DNA of 40,420 bases from Fibrobacteria bacterium GUT77 (GTDB lineage Bacteria; Fibrobacterota; Chitinivibrionia; Chitinivibrionales; Chitinispirillaceae), in assembly GCA_001462255.1 (NCBI GenBank), contig LIUJ01000101.1, positions 12,452 through 52,871 on the forward strand, in the 5' to 3' direction. The position numbers and the translations under genes are program-made. How positions within the stretch are numbered: the first letter of the stretch is position 1; each line of letters starts with the position of its first letter. Under the pieces are notes generated by a model that was not told where the DNA came from, did not search any database, and saw only the letters and a program-made list of their open reading frames with translations. Below are positions 1-9,262 of this stretch, piece by piece.

Positions 1-423
1 CGCAAACCATTCCGGCGACTCCGGACTCATCCACCCCCCGCGACGCTGCAACGCCTGCGGAAGGTTCCAATGGTATAAGGTAACCCAGGGATCAACCCCC
101 GCCGCGAGCAACGCGTCGATAAGCCTATCATAAAAATCCATACCCTTAGGGTTGACGGCGCCGACCCCTTCGGGAATAACACGCGGCCAAGCGATCTCCA
201 TCCGGTAGGCGTTGACCCCAAGACCGCTCATTATCTCAACGTCCTCACGGTAACGATGGTAATGGTCGCAAGCGACATCTCCGGTGTGCCCCTGCCAAAC
301 GGCGCCCGACCGCCGGCAAAACACGTCCCAAATCCCCTCGCCCTTACCGTCCTCAAACGCCGCGCCCTCCACCTGATAGGCGGCTGTGGCCGTGCCCCAA
401 ACAAAGTCTTTTGGAAATGTCAT
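1..423 (-). CDS. Glycoside hydrolase family 1 beta-glucosidase, N-terminal 141 codons (3' end lies beyond the window start)
   Basis: Not in the ORF track because it runs off the edge. Minus-strand ATG at 421-423 is preceded by an AAAGGGG SD. My translation [59 protein letters not shown] matches the conserved GH1 N-terminus, and the frame is open to base 1. Confidence 0.85.
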   Translation of the reverse strand, partial: MTFPKDFVWGTATAAYQVEGAAFEDGKGEGIWDVFCRRSGAVWQGHTGDVACDHYHRYREDVEIMSGLGVNAYRMEIAWPRVIPEGVGAVNPKGMDFYDRLIDALLAAGVDPWVTLYHWNLPQALQRRGGWMSPESPEWFA

Positions 424-449
424 AACGTCGTTACCCCTTTCCGTTTCGC

Positions 450-1100
450 TTATTTTATCGTTTCATACAAAAAATCACGCAATCGCTTCGTGTCCTCAAA
501 TACATAATCACAGCAAGAGGCCAATTCTTCCTTAGTTCCCGACCCCCATAATACGCCTACGGCCGTAATGTTATTGTTCTTAGCCGCTATACAATCCGTT
601 CTAACATCCCCTATACCGACAAACGACGATTTATCTCCGCCGGATTCGGCGATTAATTCGGCGAAAAGCTCAGATTTCGATCTTCGTTGCTCAATACGCG
701 CGGCCTGCGCTTTTAGGGACGCCATTTTATACGTCCATCCCAATTTTTCTATAATGCGCCCGGCCGCCGGATTAGGCTTATTGGTAACGACGTAATGAAC
801 AAAGCTCGCAGCGTCAGAAATAATCTCCTCAATCCCGTCAAACGGATCCGTCATAGGAAAACCCGAATTATCGTACCGATCCCTATAATTGCGTACCACC
901 TCGTTGATTTTTTCCATAGTAAGCGTTCCGTCCGGAAAAGCCTCCTTCAGTATAACGTCCAACGGCGGCCCTATCTTGAACGGCTTTATTTGGTCGCGAA
1001 TATCCACACCCGCGTCCCACAGCGCAAGTTTAAGGTGATATAAAATCTCCGCTTGAGAATCAATAAGCGTGCCGTCCAAATCCCATATAATACGGATCAT
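450..1100 (-). CDS. HAD-superfamily hydrolase, phosphoglycolate-phosphatase-like (subfamily IA)
   Basis: 216 aa with HAD motifs DLDGTL (I), VVTNK (II), a conserved Lys, and GDVRTD (IV). Lies 26 nt upstream of the GH1 gene, so probably co-transcribed. Confidence 0.8.
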   Translation of the reverse strand: MIRIIWDLDGTLIDSQAEILYHLKLALWDAGVDIRDQIKPFKIGPPLDVILKEAFPDGTLTMEKINEVVRNYRDRYDNSGFPMTDPFDGIEEIISDAASFVHYVVTNKPNPAAGRIIEKLGWTYKMASLKAQAARIEQRRSKSELFAELIAESGGDKSSFVGIGDVRTDCIAAKNNNITAVGVLWGSGTKEELASCCDYVFEDTKRLRDFLYETIK

Positions 1101-1451
1101 TATAGTATCCTAAATTTATAGCGATAAACTTCTTCAACGTCATCCTCGGACGCGCCGGTTGGGCAACACGCTTATTAACCGCTTTCCTTGCCGACGCCTT
1201 TACGGGTCTTTTTCGTTACCTTAACCGCCATAATATACCCCCAATTATTGTTCGTTATTAATGTTCTTAAACATCCCGCGCCCGTAAAGCACACTACGTA
1301 AAGATAATATACGGAAAAGATATTGTCAAATTTATTTGAGGGCGACGACCGAGAGCGAACACCCGGGTTTTGTATGTGCAACTTGGTTTATTGGTGTATA
1401 CATCTTGGGGTAAAGATCAGTAACCAAGCCGGACCTAAGGTGGGACAACAA

Positions 1452-1484
1452 CAAACAAAAAAGGGCGACCTCTTTTGGCCGCCC
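1452..1484 (-). terminator. Rho-independent terminator downstream of fba
   Basis: Minus strand reads GGGCGGCC-aaaaga-GGTCGCCC (8-bp stem, one G-U) followed by TTTTTTGTTTG, about 34 nt after the fba stop. Confidence 0.7.
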
Positions 1485-1517
1485 TCACATCTTTAAGTTA
1501 ACGCCCGCTCAAACGAA

Positions 1518-2513
1518 TCAACCCTTACCGGCGCTACCCAAAACATTCTCGTTTTTGTCGATCATCATCTTCACAAGTTCTTCCCTCGCCGGCCCAAGGT
1601 ACTTCCTCGGATCAAACTCCGCGGGAGACTCTTTGAAGACTTTACGAATAATCGCGGTCAACACTAAGCGTCCGTCCGAATCAATGTTGATTTTGCAAAC
1701 CGCCGACTTTGCGGCTTTGCGGAGTTGCTCGGAGGGGATACCGACCGCCGCTTTGAGGTGACCGCCGCACTCTTCTATGATCTTCACGTATTCGGGCAAC
1801 ACCGAACTCGAACCGTGGAGAACGATGGGAAAGCCGGGGATACGCTTTTCGATTTCTTCCAAAATGTCGAAGCGCAACGGGGGCGGAACAAGCACGCCGT
1901 CGGCATTCTTAGTGCACTGCTCCGGCTTAAATTTGAACGCGCCGTGCGAGGTACCTATGGAAATTGCGAGAGAGTCGACACCCGTCTTTTTGACGAAATC
2001 CTCAACCTGATCGGGCTGAGTGTAGATCGACTTTGCAGCAACAACGTCGTCTTCAATGCCGGAGAGAACGCCGAGCTCACCTTCAACCGTAACGTCGTAC
2101 TTGTGTGCGTACTCTACTACCTTCTTCGTCAACGCGACGTTTTCATCGTAAGGATGGTGCGAACCGTCGATCATCACCGAGGAAAAGCCGCTCTCAATAC
2201 ACGAGACGCAGAGTTCGAAAGTGTCGCCGTGGTCGAGGTGCAACGCAACAGGCATTTTGAAACCCTGCTCGCGGGCCATGGCGACCGCGCCCTGGGCCAT
2301 GTAGCGCAGAAGCGTCGCGTTAGCGTATTTACGAGCGCCGCTCGATACCTGCATAATCACGGGAGAGTTAGACTTTCCGCAAGCCGTGATTATAGACTGG
2401 ATCTGCTCCATGTTGTTGAAGTTGTAAGCGGGAATGGCATAGTGCCCCTCAAACGCCTTCTTGAACATGTCCCTTGTGTTGACAAAACCAAGGTCTTTGT
2501 AGCTTACGGCCAT
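1518..2513 (-). CDS. fba: Fructose-1,6-bisphosphate aldolase, class II
   Basis: 331 aa; N-terminus ..YAIPAYNFNNMEQ.. and the HLDHG metal-binding motif are typical of class II FBA. AAGGAG SD upstream. Confidence 0.92.
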   Translation of the reverse strand: MAVSYKDLGFVNTRDMFKKAFEGHYAIPAYNFNNMEQIQSIITACGKSNSPVIMQVSSGARKYANATLLRYMAQGAVAMAREQGFKMPVALHLDHGDTFELCVSCIESGFSSVMIDGSHHPYDENVALTKKVVEYAHKYDVTVEGELGVLSGIEDDVVAAKSIYTQPDQVEDFVKKTGVDSLAISIGTSHGAFKFKPEQCTKNADGVLVPPPLRFDILEEIEKRIPGFPIVLHGSSSVLPEYVKIIEECGGHLKAAVGIPSEQLRKAAKSAVCKINIDSDGRLVLTAIIRKVFKESPAEFDPRKYLGPAREELVKMMIDKNENVLGSAGKG

Positions 2514-2546
2514 GATACGCTCCTTTTCGGTTTGATGTTAAAACCC

Positions 2547-2575
2547 CTCATACCAAATCATATTAACCATGTTAA
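2547..2575 (-). promoter_or_regulatory. Candidate sigma70-type promoter for fba (TTAACA-N17-TATGAG)
   Basis: Read by eye in the 82-nt rplQ-fba spacer: -35 at 2570-2575, -10 at 2547-2552. No terminator is visible after rplQ, so read-through is equally possible. Confidence 0.25.
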
Positions 2576-2595
2576 CCACAAACCAAACAATATAT

Positions 2596-3087
2596 TTATT
2601 CCGCCGCCCCCGCAGTTTGTGACTCTGCGGACACATTCGATTCTCCCGGTTTGGCTGATGTCGACGCAACCGATTTCGGTTTCACACTTTTCTTCTTAGC
2701 GCCGCCTTTCTTTCTTACTGCGTCGTTGTGTCCGCGACCCACGAGCTCTATGATGGCCATTGGAGCGCAATCGCCCTTGCGGTCTTCAGTCTTCAAAACT
2801 CGCGTATACCCGCCGTTTCGCTCTTTGTAACCCGGCGCGATATCATCAAACAACTTTTTGAGCACTACATTGTCGTTGATCCGGCAAGCGGCCAAACGCC
2901 TCGCGTGAAGATCGCCTTTTTTGCCGTAGGTAATCATACGCTCCACCACACCGCGCACCTCCTTGGCTTTGGCAAGCGTAGTGGTTACCCGCTCCTTGTC
3001 CAAAACAGACACGGCCAAATTGGAGAGCATCGCCCTACGATGGGACGCGCTACGGTTGAGCTTCCGACCCGATACCAAATGACGCAT
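2596..3087 (-). CDS. rplQ: 50S ribosomal protein L17 with a Lys/Ala/Ser-rich C-terminal tail
   Basis: [24 protein letters not shown].. is the canonical L17 N-terminus, and the gene follows rpoA. Confidence 0.95.
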   Translation of the reverse strand: MRHLVSGRKLNRSASHRRAMLSNLAVSVLDKERVTTTLAKAKEVRGVVERMITYGKKGDLHARRLAACRINDNVVLKKLFDDIAPGYKERNGGYTRVLKTEDRKGDCAPMAIIELVGRGHNDAVRKKGGAKKKSVKPKSVASTSAKPGESNVSAESQTAGAAE

Positions 3088-3140
3088 AATACAACCTTCT
3101 TTTTTATAGTTTGTATTGATATTTACAAAAAGTTCATCTC

Positions 3141-3162
3141 ACCAACGCACAATTTCGGTCAA
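3141..3162. repeat. 22-nt intergenic core ACCAACGCACAATTTCGGTCAA (copy 1 of 2)
   Basis: In the rpoA-rplQ spacer. A near-identical string lies at 8229-8250; the two differ by two single-base indels. Confidence 0.8.
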
Positions 3163-3168
3163 AAAACG

Positions 3169-4149
3169 CTACTCGCTTTCCCCCATGATCTTATCGACCT
3201 CCATTCCAAACGCCAAACCCATATTGGTAAGCACCGCGCTAAGCTCAACCAGCGACTTTCTGCCGAAATTTTTGTATTTAAGCATATCGGCTTCCTGATT
3301 TTTCACCAGGTCCGCAAGGTAAACGATGTTGGCCGCGCGCAAACAGTTGTTCGAACGCACCGACAACTCCAATTCATCAACTTTCATCTTCAACAATTGC
3401 TTGAGCTTCTCCGCTTTCTCATCGCGTACTTTCTCCTCAACCGGTAAGAAATCGCCCTCAATGTTGATGAGCACCTCAAGATGGTCGTATAACAACTTGG
3501 CCGCGTAACCCACGGCGTCTTCTACGGAAATACTACCGTCCGTCCAAATATCAAATATGATTTTGTCAAAGTCCGTACGCTGACCGACACGGGTGTTTTC
3601 CACCACGTAGTTGACCTTGGTGACCGGAGAGAAGATTGAGTCGATCGGGATCGTCCCCACCGGATCGTCGTCATTCTTGTTTTGCTCGGCGGCCACATAC
3701 CCGCGCCCGTCCGTAACACGCATCTCAATATTGAGCTTAGCGTCTGAATTGATGGTCGCGATATGCAAATCCGGGTTTAATATTTCAACACCGGGATTCT
3801 TCTCTATGTCGGAGGCTTTCACGTCCCCCTTACCGGTAACCTCCAATCGAAGGGTTACGTCCTCATCCGCCAAAAGCTTGAGACGCAACTGCTTGATGTT
3901 CAGGATAATGTCCGTAACATCTTCCGATACACCCTCAAGCGTCGAATATTCGTGCGGCGCGCCGTCAATGCGTACCGACGCCACCGCGCCGCCCTGCAAC
4001 GACGAAAGGAGTATCCGACGCAACGAATTCCCCACCGTATGACCCCACCCGCGCTCAAGCGGCTCTATGGTCACACGCGAATAGTTGGGGATACCTTCGG
4101 GATTGTCCAGCTTAATGCCCTTAGGCATCAATAAACTCTTCCATTTCAT
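3169..4149 (-). CDS. rpoA: DNA-directed RNA polymerase subunit alpha
   Basis: 326 aa; ..TIEPLERGWGHTVGNSLRRILLSSLQG.. and a C-terminal domain ..ELSVRSNNCLRAANI.. are typical of RpoA. Confidence 0.96.
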   Translation of the reverse strand: MKWKSLLMPKGIKLDNPEGIPNYSRVTIEPLERGWGHTVGNSLRRILLSSLQGGAVASVRIDGAPHEYSTLEGVSEDVTDIILNIKQLRLKLLADEDVTLRLEVTGKGDVKASDIEKNPGVEILNPDLHIATINSDAKLNIEMRVTDGRGYVAAEQNKNDDDPVGTIPIDSIFSPVTKVNYVVENTRVGQRTDFDKIIFDIWTDGSISVEDAVGYAAKLLYDHLEVLINIEGDFLPVEEKVRDEKAEKLKQLLKMKVDELELSVRSNNCLRAANIVYLADLVKNQEADMLKYKNFGRKSLVELSAVLTNMGLAFGMEVDKIMGESE

Positions 4150-4171
4150 ATCGTATCAGGTCTCCCCTTTG

Positions 4172-4795
4172 TTATCTGGAATACAATTCAACTACAAGCT
4201 GCTCTTGAATGTCGGACGGAATCGACGAACGCTCAGGCACCCTCACGACTTGTCCGGCCAACTTAACCTTATCAACAGTCAACCAATCCGGCGTCTCTTT
4301 CATAGCTTTCAGAGACGAGTGTATAAGCGCGAGGTTCGCGCTCTTCTGTTTAACTACAACCGAATCACCCGCTTTCAATCGGTAAGATGGAATGTTCACC
4401 TTCTTGCCGTTTACGGTAAAATGGTTGTGCAACACAAGCTGACGCGCGCTACTCCGAGACGGAGCAAAACCCAAACGGTAGACAACATTGTCGAGCCGCG
4501 TCTCCAAAAGACGAAGCAAATTCTCACCCGTCACGCCGCTCTGCCGCGAAGCAATCTCAAAGTAGAGGCTAAACTGCTTTTCGAGAACACCGTAGATCCT
4601 ACGGATCTTCTGCTTCTCCCTCAACTGATTATTGTACTCCGTCGCGGAGCGCCTACGCTTGGTCGTGCGCATTCCGGGAGGAAAAGGCCTACGGTCCACG
4701 GCACACTTCTCGGAAGCGCACCGCTCGCCCTTCAGCATCAACTTGACACCCTCCCTGCGGCACTGACGGCACCGTGGGCCATGATAAACTGCCAT
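4172..4795 (-). CDS. rpsD: 30S ribosomal protein S4
   Basis: MAVYHGPRCRQCRREGVKL.. is S4. The ORF track starts 2 codons earlier at a TTG (4801), but AGGAGAG sits 7 nt before the ATG at 4795. Confidence 0.95.
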   Translation of the reverse strand: MAVYHGPRCRQCRREGVKLMLKGERCASEKCAVDRRPFPPGMRTTKRRRSATEYNNQLREKQKIRRIYGVLEKQFSLYFEIASRQSGVTGENLLRLLETRLDNVVYRLGFAPSRSSARQLVLHNHFTVNGKKVNIPSYRLKAGDSVVVKQKSANLALIHSSLKAMKETPDWLTVDKVKLAGQVVRVPERSSIPSDIQEQLVVELYSR

Positions 4796-4874
4796 TCGCA
4801 ATCTCTCCTATCGGTCTTTATTGTTTCGAACGAATTTTATCGTCCTAAACGGTTTTCTTTCACCGGCCGCAAGC

Positions 4875-4991
4875 TTAGCCTTGACGTTGCTTGTGCTTGG
4901 GATTCTTCGAACAGATCACACGGACGATACCCTTGCGACGTATCACCTTGCACCCGTTACACATCGGTTTTACCGAAGCCCTAACTTTCAC
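4875..4991 (-). CDS. rpmJ: 50S ribosomal protein L36 (Zn-ribbon type)
   Basis: Below the ORF-track size cut-off. GTG start; my translation is [38 protein letters not shown] followed by TAA, with the C-x2-C-x12-C-x5-H pattern. Confidence 0.92.
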   Translation of the reverse strand: MKVRASVKPMCNGCKVIRRKGIVRVICSKNPKHKQRQG

Positions 4992-5062
4992 TTTTCACTC
5001 TCCTTGTATCTTAAAACACGCGTCGCCCAACGCCGCGTCACGCCAAAACCGTCGGTATCATA

Positions 5063-5443
5063 TTATTTCGCCGGTGCCTTCTTTTTATTGGCAATAGTTT
5101 TACGCGGCCCCTTGCGCGTACGGCTGTTGGTACGCGTACGTTGCCCGCGACACGGTAACCCGCGCCTATGACGAAGCCCACGATAACACCCGATGTCCAT
5201 CAAACGTTTGATGTTCATCCTAATGTCGGAACGAAGATTACCCTCCGTTTGGTACTCAGCGTCAATCACGCTACGAATGCGATTGAGCTCATCCTCGTTC
5301 ATGTCCTTAACCTTCTTGTTCTCGTCTATCCCAACCTTAGCCAAAATAACGGACGCCGATGTCCGACCAATGCCGAACACATACGTCAGCGCGATAACGA
5401 CACGCTTGTTATTCGGAATATCAACTCCAGCTACACGAGCCAC
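5063..5443 (-). CDS. rpsM: 30S ribosomal protein S13
   Basis: [26 protein letters not shown].. is S13. GTG start with an AAGGGG SD. Confidence 0.96.
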   Translation of the reverse strand: MARVAGVDIPNNKRVVIALTYVFGIGRTSASVILAKVGIDENKKVKDMNEDELNRIRSVIDAEYQTEGNLRSDIRMNIKRLMDIGCYRGLRHRRGLPCRGQRTRTNSRTRKGPRKTIANKKKAPAK

Positions 5444-5512
5444 ACATAACCCCTTTTTTTATCGTTTATAACGAAACCTGCACAAATAACGCAACCAACC
5501 GGCATTACGAAA

Positions 5513-5908
5513 TCAGACTCTACGCCTCTTGGGCGGTCTACACCCGTTATGCGGTACCGCCGTAAAATCCTTTATACACACAACCTTAAGCCCCGCCGCC
5601 GCAAGCGACCTAATAGCACTCTCCCGCCCGTTCCCGGCGCCGCGCAAGTGTACTTCAACCTTACGCACCCCGGCGTCAAACGCAGCTTTACCTACAACCT
5701 CAGCGGCCACACCGGCGGCGTAAGGAGTACTTTTACGCGATCCCTTGAAACCGGCCTTGCCCGGCGTATGCCACGCAACAACGTTTCCCTTTGTGTCGGT
5801 CACGTTTACTATAGTATTGTTGAATGTAGCCCGAACGTGAGCCACACCCTCCGCCGGCGCCTTTTTTTTGACCTTTTTCGCGCTTGAACTTGAAGCTTCT
5901 TTGTTCAT
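5513..5908 (-). CDS. rpsK: 30S ribosomal protein S11
   Basis: ..[38 protein letters not shown] is S11, with a short Ser/Lys-rich N-terminal extension. Confidence 0.96.
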   Translation of the reverse strand: MNKEASSSSAKKVKKKAPAEGVAHVRATFNNTIVNVTDTKGNVVAWHTPGKAGFKGSRKSTPYAAGVAAEVVGKAAFDAGVRKVEVHLRGAGNGRESAIRSLAAAGLKVVCIKDFTAVPHNGCRPPKRRRV

Positions 5909-5971
5909 CTAAAACCCTTTTTGTTTATGTATTGATCTTATAAAAAACAAAATCACCGTTTAAAGCACAAC

Positions 5972-6190
5972 TTATTTATACCTATAAACAATACGGCCTC
6001 TCGACAAATCATAAGGTGAAAGCTCCACCAATACTTTATCTCCGGGCAATATCTTAATGTAATTCATCCGCATCTTCCCGGAAATATATGCCAAAACCTC
6101 ATGCTTGTTCTCAAGCAACACCTTAAAGGCCGCATTGGGCAACGACTCCGTTATGGTGCCCTCTACTTGTATAGAATCGTTTTTTCCCAT
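5972..6190 (-). CDS. infA: Translation initiation factor IF-1
   Basis: 72 aa; ..[58 protein letters not shown] is IF-1. Confidence 0.96.
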   Translation of the reverse strand: MGKNDSIQVEGTITESLPNAAFKVLLENKHEVLAYISGKMRMNYIKILPGDKVLVELSPYDLSRGRIVYRYK

Positions 6191-6206
6191 ATTCTCCTAT
6201 AAAAAC

Positions 6207-7526
6207 CTATCTTCTCCCCCGCAAACTCCCCTTCTTCATAAAGCCCTCGTAATTACGTGCCTGCAGATGCGACTCCAACTGCTGCAACGTATCCAAGGCC
6301 ACGCCAACCACAATCAAAATACTCGTGCCGCCGAAGTAAAAACCACCCCCGAACCCACGCATGATAAACATGGGCAACACGGATATAAGAGCCAAAAACA
6401 CCGAACCGGGTAACGTAATCCTCGCAAGCACGTTCTCCAAAAACTCCGCCGTCTTTTTACCCGGACGAATACCCGGAATAAATCCGCCCTGCCGCTTCAA
6501 ATTGTCGGCTATATCCACCGGATTAAAAACTATCGCGGTGTAAAAATAAGTAAAAAATATTATCAACAATCCAAAAAGAACCGAATATATCACCCCGTCG
6601 GGCCGAAACCAACGAAACAACTCGTCCATAAACGATGAATCCGTCCCCGCAAAACTTCTCACTATCATCCCCGGAAACGTCATAATGGACGACGCGAAAA
6701 TTATGGGTATCACACCGGCCATATTCAAACGCAACGGCAATACCGTATTTTGCCCGGCATACATTTTTGCCCCCACAACTTTTTTAGGCGTCTGTATAGG
6801 TATACGCCTCATAGCCTGTGTCATTATCACAACCGCCACAGTAGCGGCCACAATTACGGCAATAATCGCGAGTGATTTGGCGATATGCATCCTATCGACC
6901 ATAATTTGCTGAACCTCGCTAAGAATCTGATTCGGTATTCTCGCCACTATACCTATAAATATAAGCAACGATATACCGTTCCCAATCCCACGCGCCGTAA
7001 TCTGTTCACCCAACCACATCGTTATCACCGTACCGGTGGTAAGCGACACAACCGTGGTAAACATAAACAAAAAACCCTTCATCTGCGGAATAACCGCCGA
7101 TACGCCGTTATCCTGTATACTTGATATGAATATCGATATACCGGCAGCCTGAATCGCCCCAAAAATAACCGTTCCGTAACGGGTATACTGCGTTAACTTC
7201 TTACGTCCCTCCGCCCCCTCGCGTTGCAATTTGTGAAAATACGGAAAAATCGTTCCCATAAGTTGCAGTATGATAGACGCCGTAATATACGGCATTATAC
7301 CGAGCGCGAATACCGTGAACCGACCGAAGTTACCGCCCACGAACATATCATATAATCCAAAAAGCCCGTCCATATTGGCCGACATAAAATTTTTGAGCAC
7401 ATCGGCGTTGACTCCCGGCGTAGGCACGTGCCCGCCAAGCCTATAGATGAAAACAATCGCGAGCGTGAAGAAGATCTTCTTCCTCAGCTCCGCGATCTTG
7501 AACATATTACGTACGGTTTCAAGCAC
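6207..7526 (-). CDS. secY: Preprotein translocase subunit SecY
   Basis: 439 aa, multi-pass membrane protein with N-terminus ..ELRKKIFFTLAIVFIYRLGGHVPTPGV.., positioned after rplO. The start is a GTG at 7526; the ATG at 7505 is an alternative. Confidence 0.93.
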   Translation of the reverse strand: MLETVRNMFKIAELRKKIFFTLAIVFIYRLGGHVPTPGVNADVLKNFMSANMDGLFGLYDMFVGGNFGRFTVFALGIMPYITASIILQLMGTIFPYFHKLQREGAEGRKKLTQYTRYGTVIFGAIQAAGISIFISSIQDNGVSAVIPQMKGFLFMFTTVVSLTTGTVITMWLGEQITARGIGNGISLLIFIGIVARIPNQILSEVQQIMVDRMHIAKSLAIIAVIVAATVAVVIMTQAMRRIPIQTPKKVVGAKMYAGQNTVLPLRLNMAGVIPIIFASSIMTFPGMIVRSFAGTDSSFMDELFRWFRPDGVIYSVLFGLLIIFFTYFYTAIVFNPVDIADNLKRQGGFIPGIRPGKKTAEFLENVLARITLPGSVFLALISVLPMFIMRGFGGGFYFGGTSILIVVGVALDTLQQLESHLQARNYEGFMKKGSLRGRR

Positions 7527-7528
7527 GA

Positions 7529-7975
7529 TTAAACGACCTCTGCTTTCCCTTTAGCCTTTTCTATCTTGTCTTTCGCCGACTTCGAATAAGCATTTACCCG
7601 AAACACCAGCGCCTTCGTTAATTCTCCGCCACCTAAAATCTTTACCGGTTTGTCCGCCTCATGTATAAGCCCCAACTTACGAAGCGCTTCAGCCGTAACT
7701 TCGGAACCGCCCAACTCGGCCTCCTCAAGTAATCCGACGTTCACTATTTGAAACTCTTTCTTAAACGGGCTATGAAAACCCACTTTCGGAATACGACGAG
7801 TGAGCGGCGTCTGACCGCCCTCAAAATAAAACTTTTGATAAGCGCCGCTACGCGCCTTGTCGCCGTTGCTCCCGTGACCGGCAGTCTTACCTTGCCCGCT
7901 GGCCGTGCCGCGTCCCAAACGCTTGGTATCACGGTGAGATCCGGGAGCCGGTTTCAAATTGTTCATTTTAAGCAT
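7529..7975 (-). CDS. rplO: 50S ribosomal protein L15
   Basis: ..LKPAPGSHRDTKRLGRGTASGQGKTAGHG.. is L15. Confidence 0.95.
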   Translation of the reverse strand: MLKMNNLKPAPGSHRDTKRLGRGTASGQGKTAGHGSNGDKARSGAYQKFYFEGGQTPLTRRIPKVGFHSPFKKEFQIVNVGLLEEAELGGSEVTAEALRKLGLIHEADKPVKILGGGELTKALVFRVNAYSKSAKDKIEKAKGKAEVV

Positions 7976-8004
7976 CTTTATCCGCCTTTTCTCTTCTTAT
8001 CAGC

Positions 8005-8187
8005 TTAAATTTCTTCCACGATTACCAAATGCCTAACGGCACCTATCATCCCACGAATCGTGGGATTGTCGTCATGCTCAACCGTGTGATTCAGTTTGTG
8101 AATACCCAAAGCCTTAATCGTCGCTTTTTGATTCTTTAAACGCCCGATTGTGCTTTTTACCTGAGTGATTCTTAATTTTTTTGCCAT
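8005..8187 (-). CDS. rpmD: 50S ribosomal protein L30
   Basis: [29 protein letters not shown].. is L30. The ORF-track start (GTG 8199) was trimmed to the ATG at 8187, which follows an AAGGTG SD. Confidence 0.93.
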   Translation of the reverse strand: MAKKLRITQVKSTIGRLKNQKATIKALGIHKLNHTVEHDDNPTIRGMIGAVRHLVIVEEI

Positions 8188-8228
8188 ATCAACACACACC
8201 TTTTTTATTGATCACAAAATTTAATATT

Positions 8229-8250
8229 ACCAACGCACATTTCGGTTCAA
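8229..8250. repeat. 22-nt intergenic core ACCAACGCACATTTCGGTTCAA (copy 2 of 2)
   Basis: In the rpsE-rpmD spacer; matches 3141-3162. Confidence 0.8.
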
Positions 8251-8279
8251 CCTCGTCTCAACAACAAAACCCGCCTATT

Positions 8280-8783
8280 CTACGCTTCAACCGGAATCTG
8301 CCTCAACGCCCGAATCTGATCTTTAGTTTTTAACTGTCTCAAACCGTCTAACGTAGCTTTTACGACATTGTGAGCGTTGGTCGTTCCCAAACACTTCGTA
8401 AGAATGTTTCGAACACCCGCAAGCTCAAGCACGGCACGCGCCGGACCGCCGGCTATGACACCTGTACCCGGAGCAGCCGGTTTTAAAATGATCTTACCGG
8501 CCCCGAACCGACCCATCACATCATGCGGAATCGTACCGTCCACAACGCTGACCGTCACCATATTCTTCTTAGCGCTTTCGCCGGCCTTGCGTATGGCCTC
8601 CGTGACATCGTTCGCCTTACCCATACCGATACCCACGGTACCGCCACCGTCGCCCACCGCAACAAGCGCGTTGAAACCGAAACGACGACCGCCCTTGACC
8701 ACCTTCGCCACACGGCTAACGGCGACAAGCCTCTCCGCAAACGGCGACTCTCCGCCGCCCGATACCAATTCTTCGTTACTCAA
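8280..8783 (-). CDS. rpsE: 30S ribosomal protein S5
   Basis: ..[34 protein letters not shown].. is S5. TTG start after a GGAGGGG SD. Confidence 0.95.
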   Translation of the reverse strand: MSNEELVSGGGESPFAERLVAVSRVAKVVKGGRRFGFNALVAVGDGGGTVGIGMGKANDVTEAIRKAGESAKKNMVTVSVVDGTIPHDVMGRFGAGKIILKPAAPGTGVIAGGPARAVLELAGVRNILTKCLGTTNAHNVVKATLDGLRQLKTKDQIRALRQIPVEA

Positions 8784-8887
8784 AGATACTACCCCTCCGT
8801 TATGTGAACAACCAAAAACGATCGTCCTTTATGAACCCACACCATAAATAACAACAAACATTCGACTTTTTAACGTCGGATCAAAAA

Positions 8888-9262
8888 CTAAAATTCAAGC
8901 CCTTTGCCGCGCGCCGCTTCAGCCAACGCCTTTACACGACCGTGGTAAAGATACCCCTTTCTATCAAAAACAACCGACTTAACTCCCTTACCTATCGCCA
9001 TCTCGGCCACCATCTCACCGACGATCTTGGAAACTTCCGTCTTGTTGAGCTTTTTTCCGGAAACCCGTTGCGCGAATTCCTTGCCCACACTACCCGCGTG
9101 AGCAACCGTCTTACCCTGCGTATCGTCGATAATCTGCGCGTAAATATGGCTGATACTGCGCCTTACACACAAACGCGGACGCTCGACCGTACCGCTAACC
9201 GACTTACGAACACGAGCGGCACGACGCGAACGCTCTAAACTTCTTCTCTTGGCACTGTTCAT
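8888..9262 (-). CDS. rplR: 50S ribosomal protein L18
   Basis: ..[52 protein letters not shown] is L18. Confidence 0.95.
   Translation of the reverse strand: MNSAKRRSLERSRRAARVRKSVSGTVERPRLCVRRSISHIYAQIIDDTQGKTVAHAGSVGKEFAQRVSGKKLNKTEVSKIVGEMVAEMAIGKGVKSVVFDRKGYLYHGRVKALAEAARGKGLEF

Noticed and set aside
27-221. 64-aa minus-strand ORF and 83-aa plus-strand ORF (256-507) from the ORF track
   Set aside because: Both overlap, out of frame or antisense, the clearly recognisable GH1 beta-glucosidase reading frame (1-423) and have no SD or recognisable motifs.
1175-1381. 68-aa ORF in the fba/HAD gap
   Set aside because: The N-terminal 50 residues look non-protein-like and would span the promoter-like element. 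Only the last 18 codons have an SD, and these are reported separately as a speculative mini-ORF.
1725-2699. 324-aa plus-strand ORF
   Set aside because: Antisense to fba. This is typical shadow-ORF composition (Arg/Leu/Val-rich) with no start context.
4085-4984. 299-aa plus-strand ORF
   Set aside because: Antisense to rpsD and rpmJ, so a shadow ORF.
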